A stretch of DNA of 64,000 nucleotides from Bdellovibrionales bacterium (GTDB taxonomy: Bacteria; Bdellovibrionota; Bdellovibrionia; Bdellovibrionales; UBA1609): positions 33,411 to 97,410 of the forward strand of contig JADZEO010000010.1 of the NCBI GenBank assembly GCA_020850475.1, written 5' to 3'. The position numbers and the translations under genes were made by a program. Each line of letters begins with the position of its first letter. Position 1 is the first letter of the stretch. Below the pieces are notes generated by a model. That model saw nothing but the letters and a program-made list of their open reading frames with translations. It was not told the DNA's origin and searched no databases. This document shows, piece by piece, positions 18,056 through 28,176 of this stretch.

Positions 18056-18822
18056 CTTTCAATCACCAAAAAGGCTTTGGTGAGAAAGAAATCCCCAACC
18101 ATGATCAAAATCGAGGCCGTGACGACCGAGCGGGTGGTCGCTTGGCCCACGCCCTGGGTGCCGCCCCGCACTCGCAGACCGTAAAAGCACGCCGGCAAGC
18201 TGATAAACAGCGCAAAGAATACTGTCTTGCCCAGGCCGGAGACATAGTCCGCAATTGAAATGGTAGCGAGCACCTTCTGAAGGTAAAAGTGCGGATCCAA
18301 TCCCAAGTCGGTCGATCCCACGACGAGGCCCCCGGCAATTCCCACGGCATTGGCAATGACACAAATGATTGGCACTGACACCAGACAGGCCACGATGCGG
18401 GGGATGACGATTTTTTTAATTGGCGAAGTCCCGAGGGCGCGAATGGCGTCAATTTGCTGTGTCACCTTCATTGAGCCGATTTCCGAAGTGATCCCAGCAC
18501 CCACGCGTGCGGCCATCATCAACGAAGCGAACACGGGCCCCAACTCCCGAACAATCGACAGGGACACAATTTTGGGGACATACAACTTCCCACCGAACTT
18601 TTCGAGTCCTACGCCGAACTGCAGTGCCATCACCATGCCGGTGCTAACAGAGACGATCACGATCAGGGGAAGGGACTTGAGTCCGATCAGGTAAATCTGT
18701 TCGATGATCAGCGAGAGATAAATCGGGCGGCGCAGCCCTTCGACCAACGATTGGTAGGCCAGAGCGCTGGTTCCGCCGAGAAACTCAAACATCCTAAGGG
18801 TGCCGGCAAAGCGTTTGGTCAT
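18043..18822 (-). CDS. mlaE: ABC transporter permease (MlaE-like)
   Basis: Multi-TM permease of 259 aa with the MlaE-type pattern (IVRELGPV...M.AARVG..ITSEIGSMKVT.QIDA). Overlaps mlaF by 13 nt. Confidence 0.85.
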   Translation of the reverse strand: MTKRFAGTLRMFEFLGGTSALAYQSLVEGLRRPIYLSLIIEQIYLIGLKSLPLIVIVSVSTGMVMALQFGVGLEKFGGKLYVPKIVSLSIVRELGPVFASLMMAARVGAGITSEIGSMKVTQQIDAIRALGTSPIKKIVIPRIVACLVSVPIICVIANAVGIAGGLVVGSTDLGLDPHFYLQKVLATISIADYVSGLGKTVFFALFISLPACFYGLRVRGGTQGVGQATTRSVVTASILIMVGDFFLTKAFLVIERWFS

Positions 18823-19319
18823 GGCGCGCGAAATCCTTGAACAAAGTTTTCGAAGTCAGCCCGGTTCGACTCAAACTGGGCTTCCAAACCGACATAGGTG
18901 ATGACGTAAAGACATTTGTTCTTTTTCAAGATGACCATTTGCACCTGCGATGGGATGCCATCGACTTCCCCTTTGACTCTGGTGAACAAGGCTTGGCGGC
19001 CGTTGAAGGGCTTGTACGAAGAGTCGACCACTTCTTGTTTGGCAAGTCCGTTGAGGATTCCCTGTTGCACAGACGTGAGCGAGGGATCGCTCTTTTCATC
19101 ACAATCAGAAAGAAAGGAGATGCTGTTGCCATTTTTTGAATTCTTCCAAGCGGCGTCGAGGTGGTCGGGGGTAAAGGCCACAAAATCCCCATTGGGTGCG
19201 GAAAAGCGAACGCCTTCGGCTTTCTTGATTTCGTTTTCAGCGAGACGGACGGAGACGCAAGAGACACCGAAGATCAGTGACAAGGCGATCAAAGCTAAGA
19301 CCCGAGCGGCAATCAACAT
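18819..19319 (-). CDS. Hypothetical lipoprotein, first gene of the Mla-like operon
   Basis: Signal peptide plus lipobox (IFGVSC). Overlaps mlaE by 4 nt. No family recognised. Confidence 0.5.
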   Translation of the reverse strand: MLIAARVLALIALSLIFGVSCVSVRLAENEIKKAEGVRFSAPNGDFVAFTPDHLDAAWKNSKNGNSISFLSDCDEKSDPSLTSVQQGILNGLAKQEVVDSSYKPFNGRQALFTRVKGEVDGIPSQVQMVILKKNKCLYVITYVGLEAQFESNRADFENFVQGFRAP

Positions 19320-19526
19320 GAAGCAAATTTCCCGTGTGTGCTGTCAGGCTATTTATCGGAAAATACTGGTGATACTTTGAAATCAAACAAGCAAATATGA
19401 CCTTTCGTCGAGGGCCGCGCGAAACCGACCTATGGTGAGCGTCATTGGATTGTCAGAGCGACAATAAATTTGCTGGCCCGGACCCCGTCTGCGGGCTCTC
19501 CTCGGCATTTCTTTCCCAATGGGGGT

Positions 19527-19542
19527 TGGCATCCATTCTGCT
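19527..19542 (+). promoter_or_regulatory. Candidate sigma-54 promoter TGGCAT-N5-CTGCT in front of the flagellar operon
   Basis: GG/GC are in the canonical register. It is followed by AAGAGG and a GTG at 19585. It lies inside the 5' end of track ORF 19519..22473, which argues for a later start. Confidence 0.5.
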
Positions 19543-19584
19543 TTATCGAGGTATAGGTTAAGAAACGACAAGAGGTCATCGCTT

Positions 19585-22473
19585 GTGAGAATTCAGGATG
19601 AATTCGTCAAACAGTTGAAAACTCTCGAGATAAATCTTCTTTGGGCCTTGCGCGAAGCCAAAGTCCGATGTCGCATCCTTGACGTCAGGTATGTTCGTCT
19701 AGTTTTAGCCGGGATCTTTATCTGGTTATTTGTGACGGAGGCCTTGGGGGGAGAAGTGACCGGGCAGGTCGCCAAGGTGGGAGACGCGACTCATGTCGAG
19801 TTTCGGGGACAAGACCAGTGGAGTTATGAGCTCGATAAGGCAGGTGACTCTACGATTCGCCTGGTGGTCCCGCCCTTTGATGCAGCCACTGAGGCGACGC
19901 TCAAAACTTGGAGCGATAGTTTAGTGAAGGCCGTAAAAATCGACAAGAACGGCAAGGATGGAAAATTTGTTGTCACTTTTGAACTCGCTGACAAAAAGGT
20001 CGAAAGTTTTGATTACCTCACGGATGATCCTTCTCGTTTAATCGTCGATTTTTATAAGGCCGATCAAGCCACGGCGCCAGTGGCGGCCACGACTCCCGCA
20101 CCGGCAACGGTCAAGACGAAGCGCGCGGCCAAAGCCAAACCGAACAATCAGGAGCCACAGGAGACCGCCTCCGAGGGCTACACCAAACGTAATACTCAAC
20201 GGGATCCGGCGGGGAGCGAACTATTGAGCGTGGTGGCCGACCCGAACGGGGTCCCTAAGGCCACCGAATTGTCCTCGATGACCGGGGTCTTTGATGGCAA
20301 TGATCCGGCCTTTTCTCGATTTCAAATCAAAGACCATGAGGTTCGCGAAGAAGCCATTATCGCCAGCAAGCAAAATATCTACATTCGCTTCCCTATGCTC
20401 GAAATGCCCGCAAGCGAACTCAAACGGTTGATGGAAAATGCGCCCGAGTATGGCATTCGCCCCAAAGAGGAAGAAGAAAACAAACAAGCTCGGTTCTTGC
20501 TGACCCTGTTTACGAATAATCGCAATGCCGCCTTTTTGAAAACTTATGATTTCTTCATCCGCAAATATCCGACATCTATATATGATGAAATCGTCCGCAA
20601 TATGTCAGCGGAAGTTCACTATCGTTTGTTTCGCGAAACCAACGAAGCTTTACACTTTTCCAAGGCCAAGGGCGAGTATGAGTACCTTTTGGCGAAGTAC
20701 CCAGAGTCGCCGCTGGCGGAGCGCACCGAGTTGTTCCTCGGGTACATGAATTTGGAGCGCAACGATCCGGTAACGACTCTTCAGATATTTCAGAGATTCT
20801 TGGCGACGCGCCCGGGGTCCCCGGACCGGGACAAAGCTCAACGGGCGGTCGGGGTGGCCTATTTGCAACTGAAAAAGTTCGAAGACGCCGCGAAGGCCTT
20901 TCAAGACATGGAAAAAGCTGCCACTGACAAGGAAATGGCCAAAGAAGCCACCTACCGTCTTGGCGACGTGGCCTTTGCCCGAAGAGATTATGGCGACGCC
21001 ATTAAGCTCTATGAAGAGGCGCTAAAAAAATACCCAGAGGCGGAAGCTAAGTTTGCCAATCTTCATTACAATATGGGTGAGGCGCTCTTTTGGACCGGCT
21101 CCTATCGCCTGAGTTTGGATAACTACCTGGCCTTTCTGCGCCTGTTCCCTGCCCACGACCACGGTGGGTACGCCATCACTCGAGTGGGCGAACTCATGGA
21201 AATCATGGGCGTGGACCAGAGCCGAGTGATGGGCGCCTTCCTTGAGAGTTATTTTCGATTTCGTGAGAGCCCCGGGGCTCAAGTGGCTCGGGTCCGAATG
21301 CTAAGTCAGCGGATGAAAGGGATGAAAGAAAATGAGCTGACCCGGTCGGTCGACGAAATGAAAAAAATTGGCGAAGGCTCGGATCTACCCAAGATGAACG
21401 AGTTCGTCAGTTTGATGATTGCCGATGGCTATCATCGCCGGGGCGAGTACGATCAGGCACTCGACTTTTTGGTCACCTATTATCGACAGAATCCGACCTC
21501 CTCCAACCTCAACTTTTTTCAACGTCGAATCTTGCGCAACATCACCGACGACATGAGTAATATGATTGCGCGCAATGACTTCATGAAGACTCTCGACACC
21601 TTTTCAAAATACTCAGCGACTTGGCTGAAAAATCCCGACCGTCTTGATGTGCCGTACTTTTTGGGCCAGGCCTACGAAAAGGCGGGGGTGTTTTCCGAGG
21701 CTGAGCGGATTTACGGATCTTTGTTGGTTGAGCGCCAGAAGATCGTGGGTACCGAACAAGAAAAGGAACGTCGAGTAAATGAGCACCTGCCGTCGGCAGA
21801 CGAGATTTTTCTGCGTCTCTCGACAGTGGCCGCCAAGCAGCGCAAAGTGACGATGGCGAGTCAAAATTTGGCGCAGATCAAGGCCCCGGACCAACTCAAA
21901 GCTGAAGAGCAAATTGAGTGGATCGAGAACATGGCTTTAGTGGCCGAAGAAAAGGGCATGACGAAGGAGGCAATTAGCCATCTGACCAAGCTCACGGCAA
22001 ATTGGCAAAACCAGCCTCAGTATTTGCCACCAGTCTATCTCCGACTAGCAGAAATGCAGTTCAAAGCGGAGCAGTTCGCGGATGCCGAAGGGTCACTCAA
22101 CTTACTTCGAGACATGAAGCAAAACAAAATTGCCGTCGACGATCCGGTTTTAGCCAAAGCACTTGAGCGGCGCGGTGACGTGCTCTTGAAGCAAGGCAAG
22201 TCGGTGGCGGCCGTCGAAGCCTACCTAGAACTCTTAGACCAATTCGAGGACAAACGGCCGCTTTCATACATCCGCTACAAGGCGGGATCCATCCTCTATG
22301 AAACCGGCGATCTCAAAGGGGCCGAAAAAATTTGGGCTTCCTTGGATGGCAAAAACGGCGAAATGTACCGTCGTTTGGCCAACGAACGGTTGGCTCAGGC
22401 GCAATGGCAAGATGACTACAAAAAATACGTAAACCGAATCCCGGCGATGTCGGGCGCGAAAAAGGGGAGATGA
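19585..22473 (+). CDS. Large AMIN-like + TPR-repeat protein (start uncertain: GTG 19585 or TTG 19648)
   Basis: Hydrophobic signal/anchor (VRLVLAGIFIWLFVTEALG). The beta-rich module ending RLIVDFY is reminiscent of AMIN domains. It is followed by about 600 aa of TPR-like helical repeats. Stop TGA abuts the next ATG. Confidence 0.65.
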   Translation: MRIQDEFVKQLKTLEINLLWALREAKVRCRILDVRYVRLVLAGIFIWLFVTEALGGEVTGQVAKVGDATHVEFRGQDQWSYELDKAGDSTIRLVVPPFDAATEATLKTWSDSLVKAVKIDKNGKDGKFVVTFELADKKVESFDYLTDDPSRLIVDFYKADQATAPVAATTPAPATVKTKRAAKAKPNNQEPQETASEGYTKRNTQRDPAGSELLSVVADPNGVPKATELSSMTGVFDGNDPAFSRFQIKDHEVREEAIIASKQNIYIRFPMLEMPASELKRLMENAPEYGIRPKEEEENKQARFLLTLFTNNRNAAFLKTYDFFIRKYPTSIYDEIVRNMSAEVHYRLFRETNEALHFSKAKGEYEYLLAKYPESPLAERTELFLGYMNLERNDPVTTLQIFQRFLATRPGSPDRDKAQRAVGVAYLQLKKFEDAAKAFQDMEKAATDKEMAKEATYRLGDVAFARRDYGDAIKLYEEALKKYPEAEAKFANLHYNMGEALFWTGSYRLSLDNYLAFLRLFPAHDHGGYAITRVGELMEIMGVDQSRVMGAFLESYFRFRESPGAQVARVRMLSQRMKGMKENELTRSVDEMKKIGEGSDLPKMNEFVSLMIADGYHRRGEYDQALDFLVTYYRQNPTSSNLNFFQRRILRNITDDMSNMIARNDFMKTLDTFSKYSATWLKNPDRLDVPYFLGQAYEKAGVFSEAERIYGSLLVERQKIVGTEQEKERRVNEHLPSADEIFLRLSTVAAKQRKVTMASQNLAQIKAPDQLKAEEQIEWIENMALVAEEKGMTKEAISHLTKLTANWQNQPQYLPPVYLRLAEMQFKAEQFADAEGSLNLLRDMKQNKIAVDDPVLAKALERRGDVLLKQGKSVAAVEAYLELLDQFEDKRPLSYIRYKAGSILYETGDLKGAEKIWASLDGKNGEMYRRLANERLAQAQWQDDYKKYVNRIPAMSGAKKGR

Positions 22474-23430
22474 ATGGCTGAAAGAGATTTCAGTGTCATC
22501 CAAACGGCTGATCCACGGATGAAAAGCATTTTAGCGGTCGCTGAGAATATTGCGAGCAGCCGCGCTGCGGTTTTAATACAAGGCGAGAGCGGGACGGGCA
22601 AAGAGCTACTGGCTCGCTACATTCACGCCAGAAGTCCGCGAGCAACCCAGCGGTTTATTGCAATTAACTGCGCGGCGGTGCCCGATAATTTGCTCGAGAG
22701 CGAGCTCTTTGGATACGAAAAAGGGGCCTTCACCGGAGCGGACGCGCGCAAACTAGGCCGATTTGAGCTCGCCAACAACAGCACCTTTCTCCTTGATGAG
22801 ATTAGCGAAATGCCCATTTTGCTTCAGGCCAAATTGTTGCGCGTGATTCAAGAAGGGGAAATTGAACGCCTGGGAGGCACTCAACCCATTCGCGTGAACG
22901 TCCGAATCATTGCGACGTCCAACCGAGACTTGCGGGAATTGGTTACGGCGGGAAAATTCCGCGAGGATTTATTTTACCGACTCAACGTGATTCCTCTTGA
23001 GGTCCCTCCTCTGCGCGTGCGCCCGCTGGACGTTGAAATGTTGGCGAACCACTTCGTTGAAACTTCTTGTTCGGAAAATGGCCTGGCTCTTCGCCCACTT
23101 TCGCCCGAGGCTCTGCATAAACTCAAAACCTGGAATTGGCCGGGCAATGTGAGAGAGCTCCAAAACGTCATTGAGCGCTCGGTGCTGCTGAACTCGGGTG
23201 CCGATTTGATTCCCGCCGAGGGAATTATGATTTCGGGCTATGAAGAAGTCCGCGATCCTCATCACTTGCGGCCGGGTATGACTGTTTTTGAAGCTGAGCG
23301 GGCGCTCATTCTCAAAACCTTGGAATTCACCGGGCAGAATCGCACGCATGCGGCGGAGATGCTGGGCATCAGCATTAGGACCTTGCGAAACAAAATCAAG
23401 GAATACAAAGAGGTTTTTGCGTATGAGTAA
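22474..23430 (+). CDS. Sigma-54 enhancer-binding protein lacking a receiver/sensory domain (AAA+ + HTH only; PspF-like architecture)
   Basis: Only about 25 aa precede the AAA+ core. Walker A GESGTGKE, GAFTGA, and C-terminal HTH NRTHAAEMLGISIRTLRNKI. Overlaps flgB by 8 nt. Confidence 0.9.
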   Translation: MAERDFSVIQTADPRMKSILAVAENIASSRAAVLIQGESGTGKELLARYIHARSPRATQRFIAINCAAVPDNLLESELFGYEKGAFTGADARKLGRFELANNSTFLLDEISEMPILLQAKLLRVIQEGEIERLGGTQPIRVNVRIIATSNRDLRELVTAGKFREDLFYRLNVIPLEVPPLRVRPLDVEMLANHFVETSCSENGLALRPLSPEALHKLKTWNWPGNVRELQNVIERSVLLNSGADLIPAEGIMISGYEEVRDPHHLRPGMTVFEAERALILKTLEFTGQNRTHAAEMLGISIRTLRNKIKEYKEVFAYE

Positions 23431-23836
23431 TCTCTTTGACAAAACCACGGATGCGCTCGGCGCCTCCATCAATATGCGGCTGCTCCGCAACTCGATCACC
23501 GGCACCAATATCGCGAATGCCGAAACGCCGGGTTTTAAGGCTAAGAAAGTCGACTTTGAGGAGGCTTTGGCTCGAGCGATTGACGTCGAGGGACTCAAGA
23601 AAATGAATCCGAGTCAGCCGGAACACTTCGCTTCTGGGCCTGGAGCGATCTCCAATGTTCGGGCTGATGTCTACGACAACCCGGATGTGAATGTAACTAA
23701 CGACGGCAATACCGTCGACATGGAGCGGGAGATGGCGCTGCTGGCGGAAAACAGTATCCTCTACAATGCCGCCGTTCAACTCATTAATAAAAAACTTGCA
23801 GCCCTAAAATATGCTGCAACCGAAGGAGCTAGATAG
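23423..23836 (+). CDS. flgB: Flagellar basal-body rod protein FlgB
   Basis: Internal ATG of track ORF 23288..23836. Rod-protein N-terminal motif (ITGTNIANAETPGFKA) and position before flgC. Confidence 0.9.
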   Translation: MSNLFDKTTDALGASINMRLLRNSITGTNIANAETPGFKAKKVDFEEALARAIDVEGLKKMNPSQPEHFASGPGAISNVRADVYDNPDVNVTNDGNTVDMEREMALLAENSILYNAAVQLINKKLAALKYAATEGAR

Positions 23837-24273
23837 TGGATTTTTCTAAAGCGATGAGCATTTCGGCGAGTGGTCTCACCGCCCAGCGGATGAGGATGAA
23901 TACGATCTCGTCAAACATTGCCAATATTAACACCACGAAAACTCCCGAGGGCGGACCCTATCGGCGCAAGGATGTCGTCTTTGAAGCCATTCCGGAGACC
24001 CGTAATTTTGGTGAAATTGTGACAAGTCTCCCGGACCGCAATCTGGAACGAGTTCAAGTGTCTGATGTCGTAGTGGACCGCAAGGCACCTCGGCTAAAGT
24101 ATGAACCGGACCATCCCGACGCGGATCCGAACGGGTACGTTGCTTACCCGGATATTAATTTGATGGAAGAGATGGCAAATATGATTCAGGCGACACGCTC
24201 CTACGAGGCTAACGTCTCGGCCATGCAAGCCACTAAGGACATGGCCTTGCGAGCATTAGAGATTGGCAGATAG
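23836..24273 (+). CDS. flgC: Flagellar basal-body rod protein FlgC
   Basis: SASGLTAQRMRMNTISSNIANINTT...GPYRRKDV and C-terminal YEAN..A....K.M are FlgC hallmarks. Confidence 0.92.
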   Translation: MDFSKAMSISASGLTAQRMRMNTISSNIANINTTKTPEGGPYRRKDVVFEAIPETRNFGEIVTSLPDRNLERVQVSDVVVDRKAPRLKYEPDHPDADPNGYVAYPDINLMEEMANMIQATRSYEANVSAMQATKDMALRALEIGR

Positions 24274-24335
24274 CTTCTCGAATTTGTTGAGGTAGCACGG
24301 CGAATAATTTGTTAAGCTAAAAGTGAGGGAAAACC

Positions 24336-24671
24336 ATGGATGGTTTGACGGTTAGCAATGCAGAGGGTCTGTTGGAAACGGGCAGAACGCTCAGTGAACA
24401 GCGGACAGCAAAAATCAACAAAGATGCCGGCATTCCCACCGCGGGTGGCGGAAAGACCTTTGCCGAAACTCTCAAAGACGCGGTTCAAAACGTCAATCAA
24501 ATCCAAAAAGAAGCTGACGTGGCAATGCAGAAGCTGGCGACGGGCGAAAACAAAAACATCGCTGAAGTCATGGTCGTAACAGAAAAGGCCGACATCGCGA
24601 TGAAATTGATGGTGCAAGTTCGAAATAAAATTATCGAGGCTTATCACGAAGTCATGAAGATGCAGGTTTGA
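24336..24671 (+). CDS. fliE: Flagellar hook-basal body complex protein FliE
   Basis: 111 aa with the C-terminal pattern KADIAMKLMVQVRNKIIEAYHEVMKMQV. Synteny flgB-flgC-fliE-fliF. Confidence 0.88.
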   Translation: MDGLTVSNAEGLLETGRTLSEQRTAKINKDAGIPTAGGGKTFAETLKDAVQNVNQIQKEADVAMQKLATGENKNIAEVMVVTEKADIAMKLMVQVRNKIIEAYHEVMKMQV

Positions 24672-24690
24672 TGTCTTGAGGGGGTAACGT

Positions 24691-26340
24691 TTGCAAAAGT
24701 TGTTTGGTCAACTGATCCTTCAGTTCAAGGAATTTTATAAGACGCTGACGCCGGTCAAGCGGGCCTCGCTCATTGGAGCTTCGGCGGCCGTGTTGATCTC
24801 AACCGTAATCGTGGGCTTGCTCGTGACCGGGACCAATCATGTTCCGCTGTTTCGAAATGTTCCGCCGGATCAACTTGCGGTGGTTCTAGAAAAACTGCAG
24901 AAGAACAACATCCCGTTCAAGCTCGATGAGGGAGGAAGCACGGTTTTGGTGCCTTCCAACCTGCAGCACTCCACCCAAATGATGGTGATGACCGAGGTGG
25001 GAACTTCTGAGGCTGGACAAATGGGTTTGGAGTTGTTTGACAAGCAAGATTTCGGAATGACGTCCTACGCTCAAAGAATCAACTATCAGCGAGCCTTGCA
25101 GGGTGAGCTGATGCGGGCGATCAACACTCTGTCGGCGGTGAAGCACTCCAAAGTGATTTTGGCCCTTCCCCCAAAGAAGACCTTTCTTGAGGAGGGCGGC
25201 GAACCGACGGCTTCAGTGGTGGTTGATTTACACCCGGGAAAGAGTCTGTCCGCCGAACAAGTAAAAGGAATTACCAACCTCGTGGCGAGTGCGGTTGAGA
25301 ACCTCAACCCCGACAAAGTGACCGTGGTTGACTCACGTGGCAAGTCCCTGACCCGGCAATACAGCGCCGAGGGTGGGGCGTCGAGTGAGCTGCTGGAGCT
25401 CAAACGCAAAATCGAGGGGGATCTGGAGCAGCGGGTAGAGAGCATTCTTGCTAAGGTAGTTGGCTCGGGAAAAGTTGTTGCTAAGGTCGATGCGACACTG
25501 AATATGAAAAATCAGAACACCATTGAGGAAAAGGTCGACCCCGATATGACGGCGGTTAGTAGCAGCGCAACGGAAGAAGAGTTACTAGATGGGGCCCGCA
25601 CCAATCCGACAGGAATACCGGGGTCTCGGGCCAACCTCCCGGGCGCCGAAGACAATGGTCAAGTGGGCTTTCGCCAAAATGTGCGCAAGGAGCTAAAGAC
25701 CACCAACTTTGCCGTCCCCAAAACCACTCGCAACGTCAAGGAGGCTGCGGGAACGGTTGAGCGAATCAGCATCGCGGTGTTAGTCGACGGCATGATGGTG
25801 CCTGAGACCGACAAAGAGGGCAACGTGACCAGCAAATATGCTCCACGTTCTTCTGAAGACCTCGCCAAGTATGAAACCATCGTCAAAAACTCAATCGGCT
25901 TTAGTAGTACCCGTGGGGACAGCGTTAAGATCGAGAACATCCAAGTTCAGGTCGAGGACTTTGCTGAATCGGAGCGCTTGTTAACCAATTTGGAACGAAA
26001 GAAGCTACTCTACTCTTTGTTCAAATGGTCGATCTTGAGCCTCAGTTTAGCGTTGTTCTTCTTCATTGTGGTCCGCCCATTTATGCGTTGGATCACCGAC
26101 TCATTCCAAGAGTCAGTTGATGACATGTTGCCAAGAACAATCGAGGAGCTCGAAGAGTTGCAGTCAGTCGACAACACCCTTCCTGGAATGTCAGGTGCCT
26201 TACCGGTCCTGGAGGAATCCATCGACCCGAACAAGGCGGAGAGCGAACTACTTCGCGAGCGAATCATGGCAATTATGGATGGCGATCAGGAAAAGGCAGC
26301 TGGGGCTTTCAGCTTGTGGCTTTCACGGAGGGATGCATAG
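24691..26340 (+). CDS. fliF: Flagellar M-ring protein FliF
   Basis: 549 aa with N- and C-terminal TM segments flanking a large periplasmic domain (YQRALQGEL.RAI). Synteny supports the call. Confidence 0.92.
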   Translation: MQKLFGQLILQFKEFYKTLTPVKRASLIGASAAVLISTVIVGLLVTGTNHVPLFRNVPPDQLAVVLEKLQKNNIPFKLDEGGSTVLVPSNLQHSTQMMVMTEVGTSEAGQMGLELFDKQDFGMTSYAQRINYQRALQGELMRAINTLSAVKHSKVILALPPKKTFLEEGGEPTASVVVDLHPGKSLSAEQVKGITNLVASAVENLNPDKVTVVDSRGKSLTRQYSAEGGASSELLELKRKIEGDLEQRVESILAKVVGSGKVVAKVDATLNMKNQNTIEEKVDPDMTAVSSSATEEELLDGARTNPTGIPGSRANLPGAEDNGQVGFRQNVRKELKTTNFAVPKTTRNVKEAAGTVERISIAVLVDGMMVPETDKEGNVTSKYAPRSSEDLAKYETIVKNSIGFSSTRGDSVKIENIQVQVEDFAESERLLTNLERKKLLYSLFKWSILSLSLALFFFIVVRPFMRWITDSFQESVDDMLPRTIEELEELQSVDNTLPGMSGALPVLEESIDPNKAESELLRERIMAIMDGDQEKAAGAFSLWLSRRDA

Positions 26341-27378
26341 ATGGTTCGGTTAGTTAAGGTCGAGGACATTCGATACGATGCCCTAAGGGGATTTGAAAAG
26401 GCCGGAATCCTGCTCAACTACTTGGGCCCTAACGCCGCCAAGCTGCTGTTTAAGCATATCGACGATGGTGACATTCGCAAACTCCTAGGCACGATGCAAA
26501 AGTTCCGCATCGTACCCGTCGAGGTAACCAAACGGGTGCTGGAAGAGTTTTATGAAATGATCAGCGAGTCAGAGGAGTACATCTTTTCAGAAAAGACCAC
26601 CAACAAGGAGACCGTGGTCGACGCCGTCGGCGAAGAGCGGGCGCGGGGAATTCTCGGTCACCTCAATGTGAATTCGCCGGTGCAGCGCCAGCTTGAGAGT
26701 TTGGAAATGGTTGACGCCAAGTCGCTTTCTAACTTCCTGCTGAACGAGCACCCACAGACCATTGCGGTGATCCTTGCCCATCTCGAACCAGAGAAGAAGG
26801 GTGAGGTCTTGAAGCGTCTTCCCGAAACTCTCCAATCTGAGGTGGTGTTGCGGCTGGCGAACCTTGATCATGTCGCTCCTGAGCTCATCGCCGAAGTGGA
26901 TCGCGTCCTTAAGCAAGAACTTTCAACGATGGGGACCGTTGAACAAGCGGCGCTCGGTGGCGTGCAGCCTGTTGCCGAGATGTTAAACGTTATGGACAAG
27001 AACACCGAGACGGCGATTATGTCGCGCATTGAGGAGAAAGATCCGATTCTCGCCGAGGAAATTCGCAAGTTGATGTTTGTCTTTGAAGACATCGTTAAAA
27101 TTGACGATCGCGGAATTCAGACGCTGCTTAAAGAAGTTCCCAACGACAAACTTCTGTTGGCACTCAAGACTGCCAACGAGGAAATTCGAGCGAAGATTTT
27201 CAAAAATATCTCACAGCGTGCCGCCAATCTGCTCAAAGAGGATTTGTCCAACATGGGGCCGTCGCGGTTGTCTGACGTCGAATCGGCACAGGTCGAAATC
27301 GTCAACGTGGCTCGACGACTCGAAAGTGAGGGTAAGATTCTTATTGCTCGTGGCGGTTCTGAGGATGCACTGGTTTAA
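26341..27378 (+). CDS. fliG: Flagellar motor switch protein FliG
   Basis: 345 aa with FliG patterns (EHPQTIAVILAHL, MFVFEDI, C-terminal charged helix region). Confidence 0.93.
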   Translation: MVRLVKVEDIRYDALRGFEKAGILLNYLGPNAAKLLFKHIDDGDIRKLLGTMQKFRIVPVEVTKRVLEEFYEMISESEEYIFSEKTTNKETVVDAVGEERARGILGHLNVNSPVQRQLESLEMVDAKSLSNFLLNEHPQTIAVILAHLEPEKKGEVLKRLPETLQSEVVLRLANLDHVAPELIAEVDRVLKQELSTMGTVEQAALGGVQPVAEMLNVMDKNTETAIMSRIEEKDPILAEEIRKLMFVFEDIVKIDDRGIQTLLKEVPNDKLLLALKTANEEIRAKIFKNISQRAANLLKEDLSNMGPSRLSDVESAQVEIVNVARRLESEGKILIARGGSEDALV

Positions 27379-27396
27379 GGCGGAGCAGGTATTGAG

Positions 27397-28176
27397 ATGA
27401 TGGTTAAAAGTAATAGTGTAGTTAAGAGTGAGACCTCTGGAGATATCGTCTTTGACTATATTCCCAAATCTTTCCCGGTGGTGATGACCAAGGAAGCTTC
27501 TGACTTTGTTTCGTCTCAAGAAACCAAGGTGTCGGACTTCAAGATTTCGCATTTGGTGGCGGAGCAGACCGGGATTGCCGATGTTCAGCGCAAAGGAATC
27601 GACGACCGCATCGAAGAAGCCGCTTTGCAAAAGATGAAGGAGATCGAGGAACGGGCCTACCGAGAGGCCTATGATCTTGGGATGGTCGAGGGAGCGGAAA
27701 GGGCCTTTGCAGAAAAGAAGCAAGACTTAGAAGCCCGCTTAAACCAAGTGGATCAACTTTTGGTGATGTTCGATGATGTTAAACGCAAGCTGTTGGCGGA
27801 GAATGAGCGGCAGTTGATGGAGCTGATGGTGCAGATTGCAGAGCGCATCGCTTTGCAAAAAATTGCCGAAGATCCCGAGAGCATCTTGAAGACTTTGGAC
27901 ATGGTTCTTGAGGACATCCAAAAAGATGAGAACATCACGATCTATTTGTCCCGGGCCGACCGCGACTTTTTAGAGGAGATTCGGGCCAAGGGTGGCAAGC
28001 GAGCTGAGGACCTCAGGCACGTCAAACTCGAACCGCTGGATCATATCCAATCGGGCGGCTGTCAGGTCGAAACGAATTACGGAGTGATTGATGCCACGCT
28101 CGATCAACGGGTCGAGCGGGTTTTGGTAGCGGTGCGTGAAAAAATGCCTCGGGCCAAAAAGTCGGTTGTTGAATGA
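27397..28176 (+). CDS. fliH: Flagellar assembly protein FliH
   Basis: Position between fliG and fliI, coiled-coil centre, C-terminal GGCQVETNYGVIDATLDQRVE. Confidence 0.8.
   Translation: MMVKSNSVVKSETSGDIVFDYIPKSFPVVMTKEASDFVSSQETKVSDFKISHLVAEQTGIADVQRKGIDDRIEEAALQKMKEIEERAYREAYDLGMVEGAERAFAEKKQDLEARLNQVDQLLVMFDDVKRKLLAENERQLMELMVQIAERIALQKIAEDPESILKTLDMVLEDIQKDENITIYLSRADRDFLEEIRAKGGKRAEDLRHVKLEPLDHIQSGGCQVETNYGVIDATLDQRVERVLVAVREKMPRAKKSVVE

Noticed and set aside
24290-24320. Sigma-28-like GCGAATAA upstream of fliE
   Set aside because: It matches only 6 of 8 in the -10 and has no -35 match. fliE is most simply co-transcribed with flgBC.
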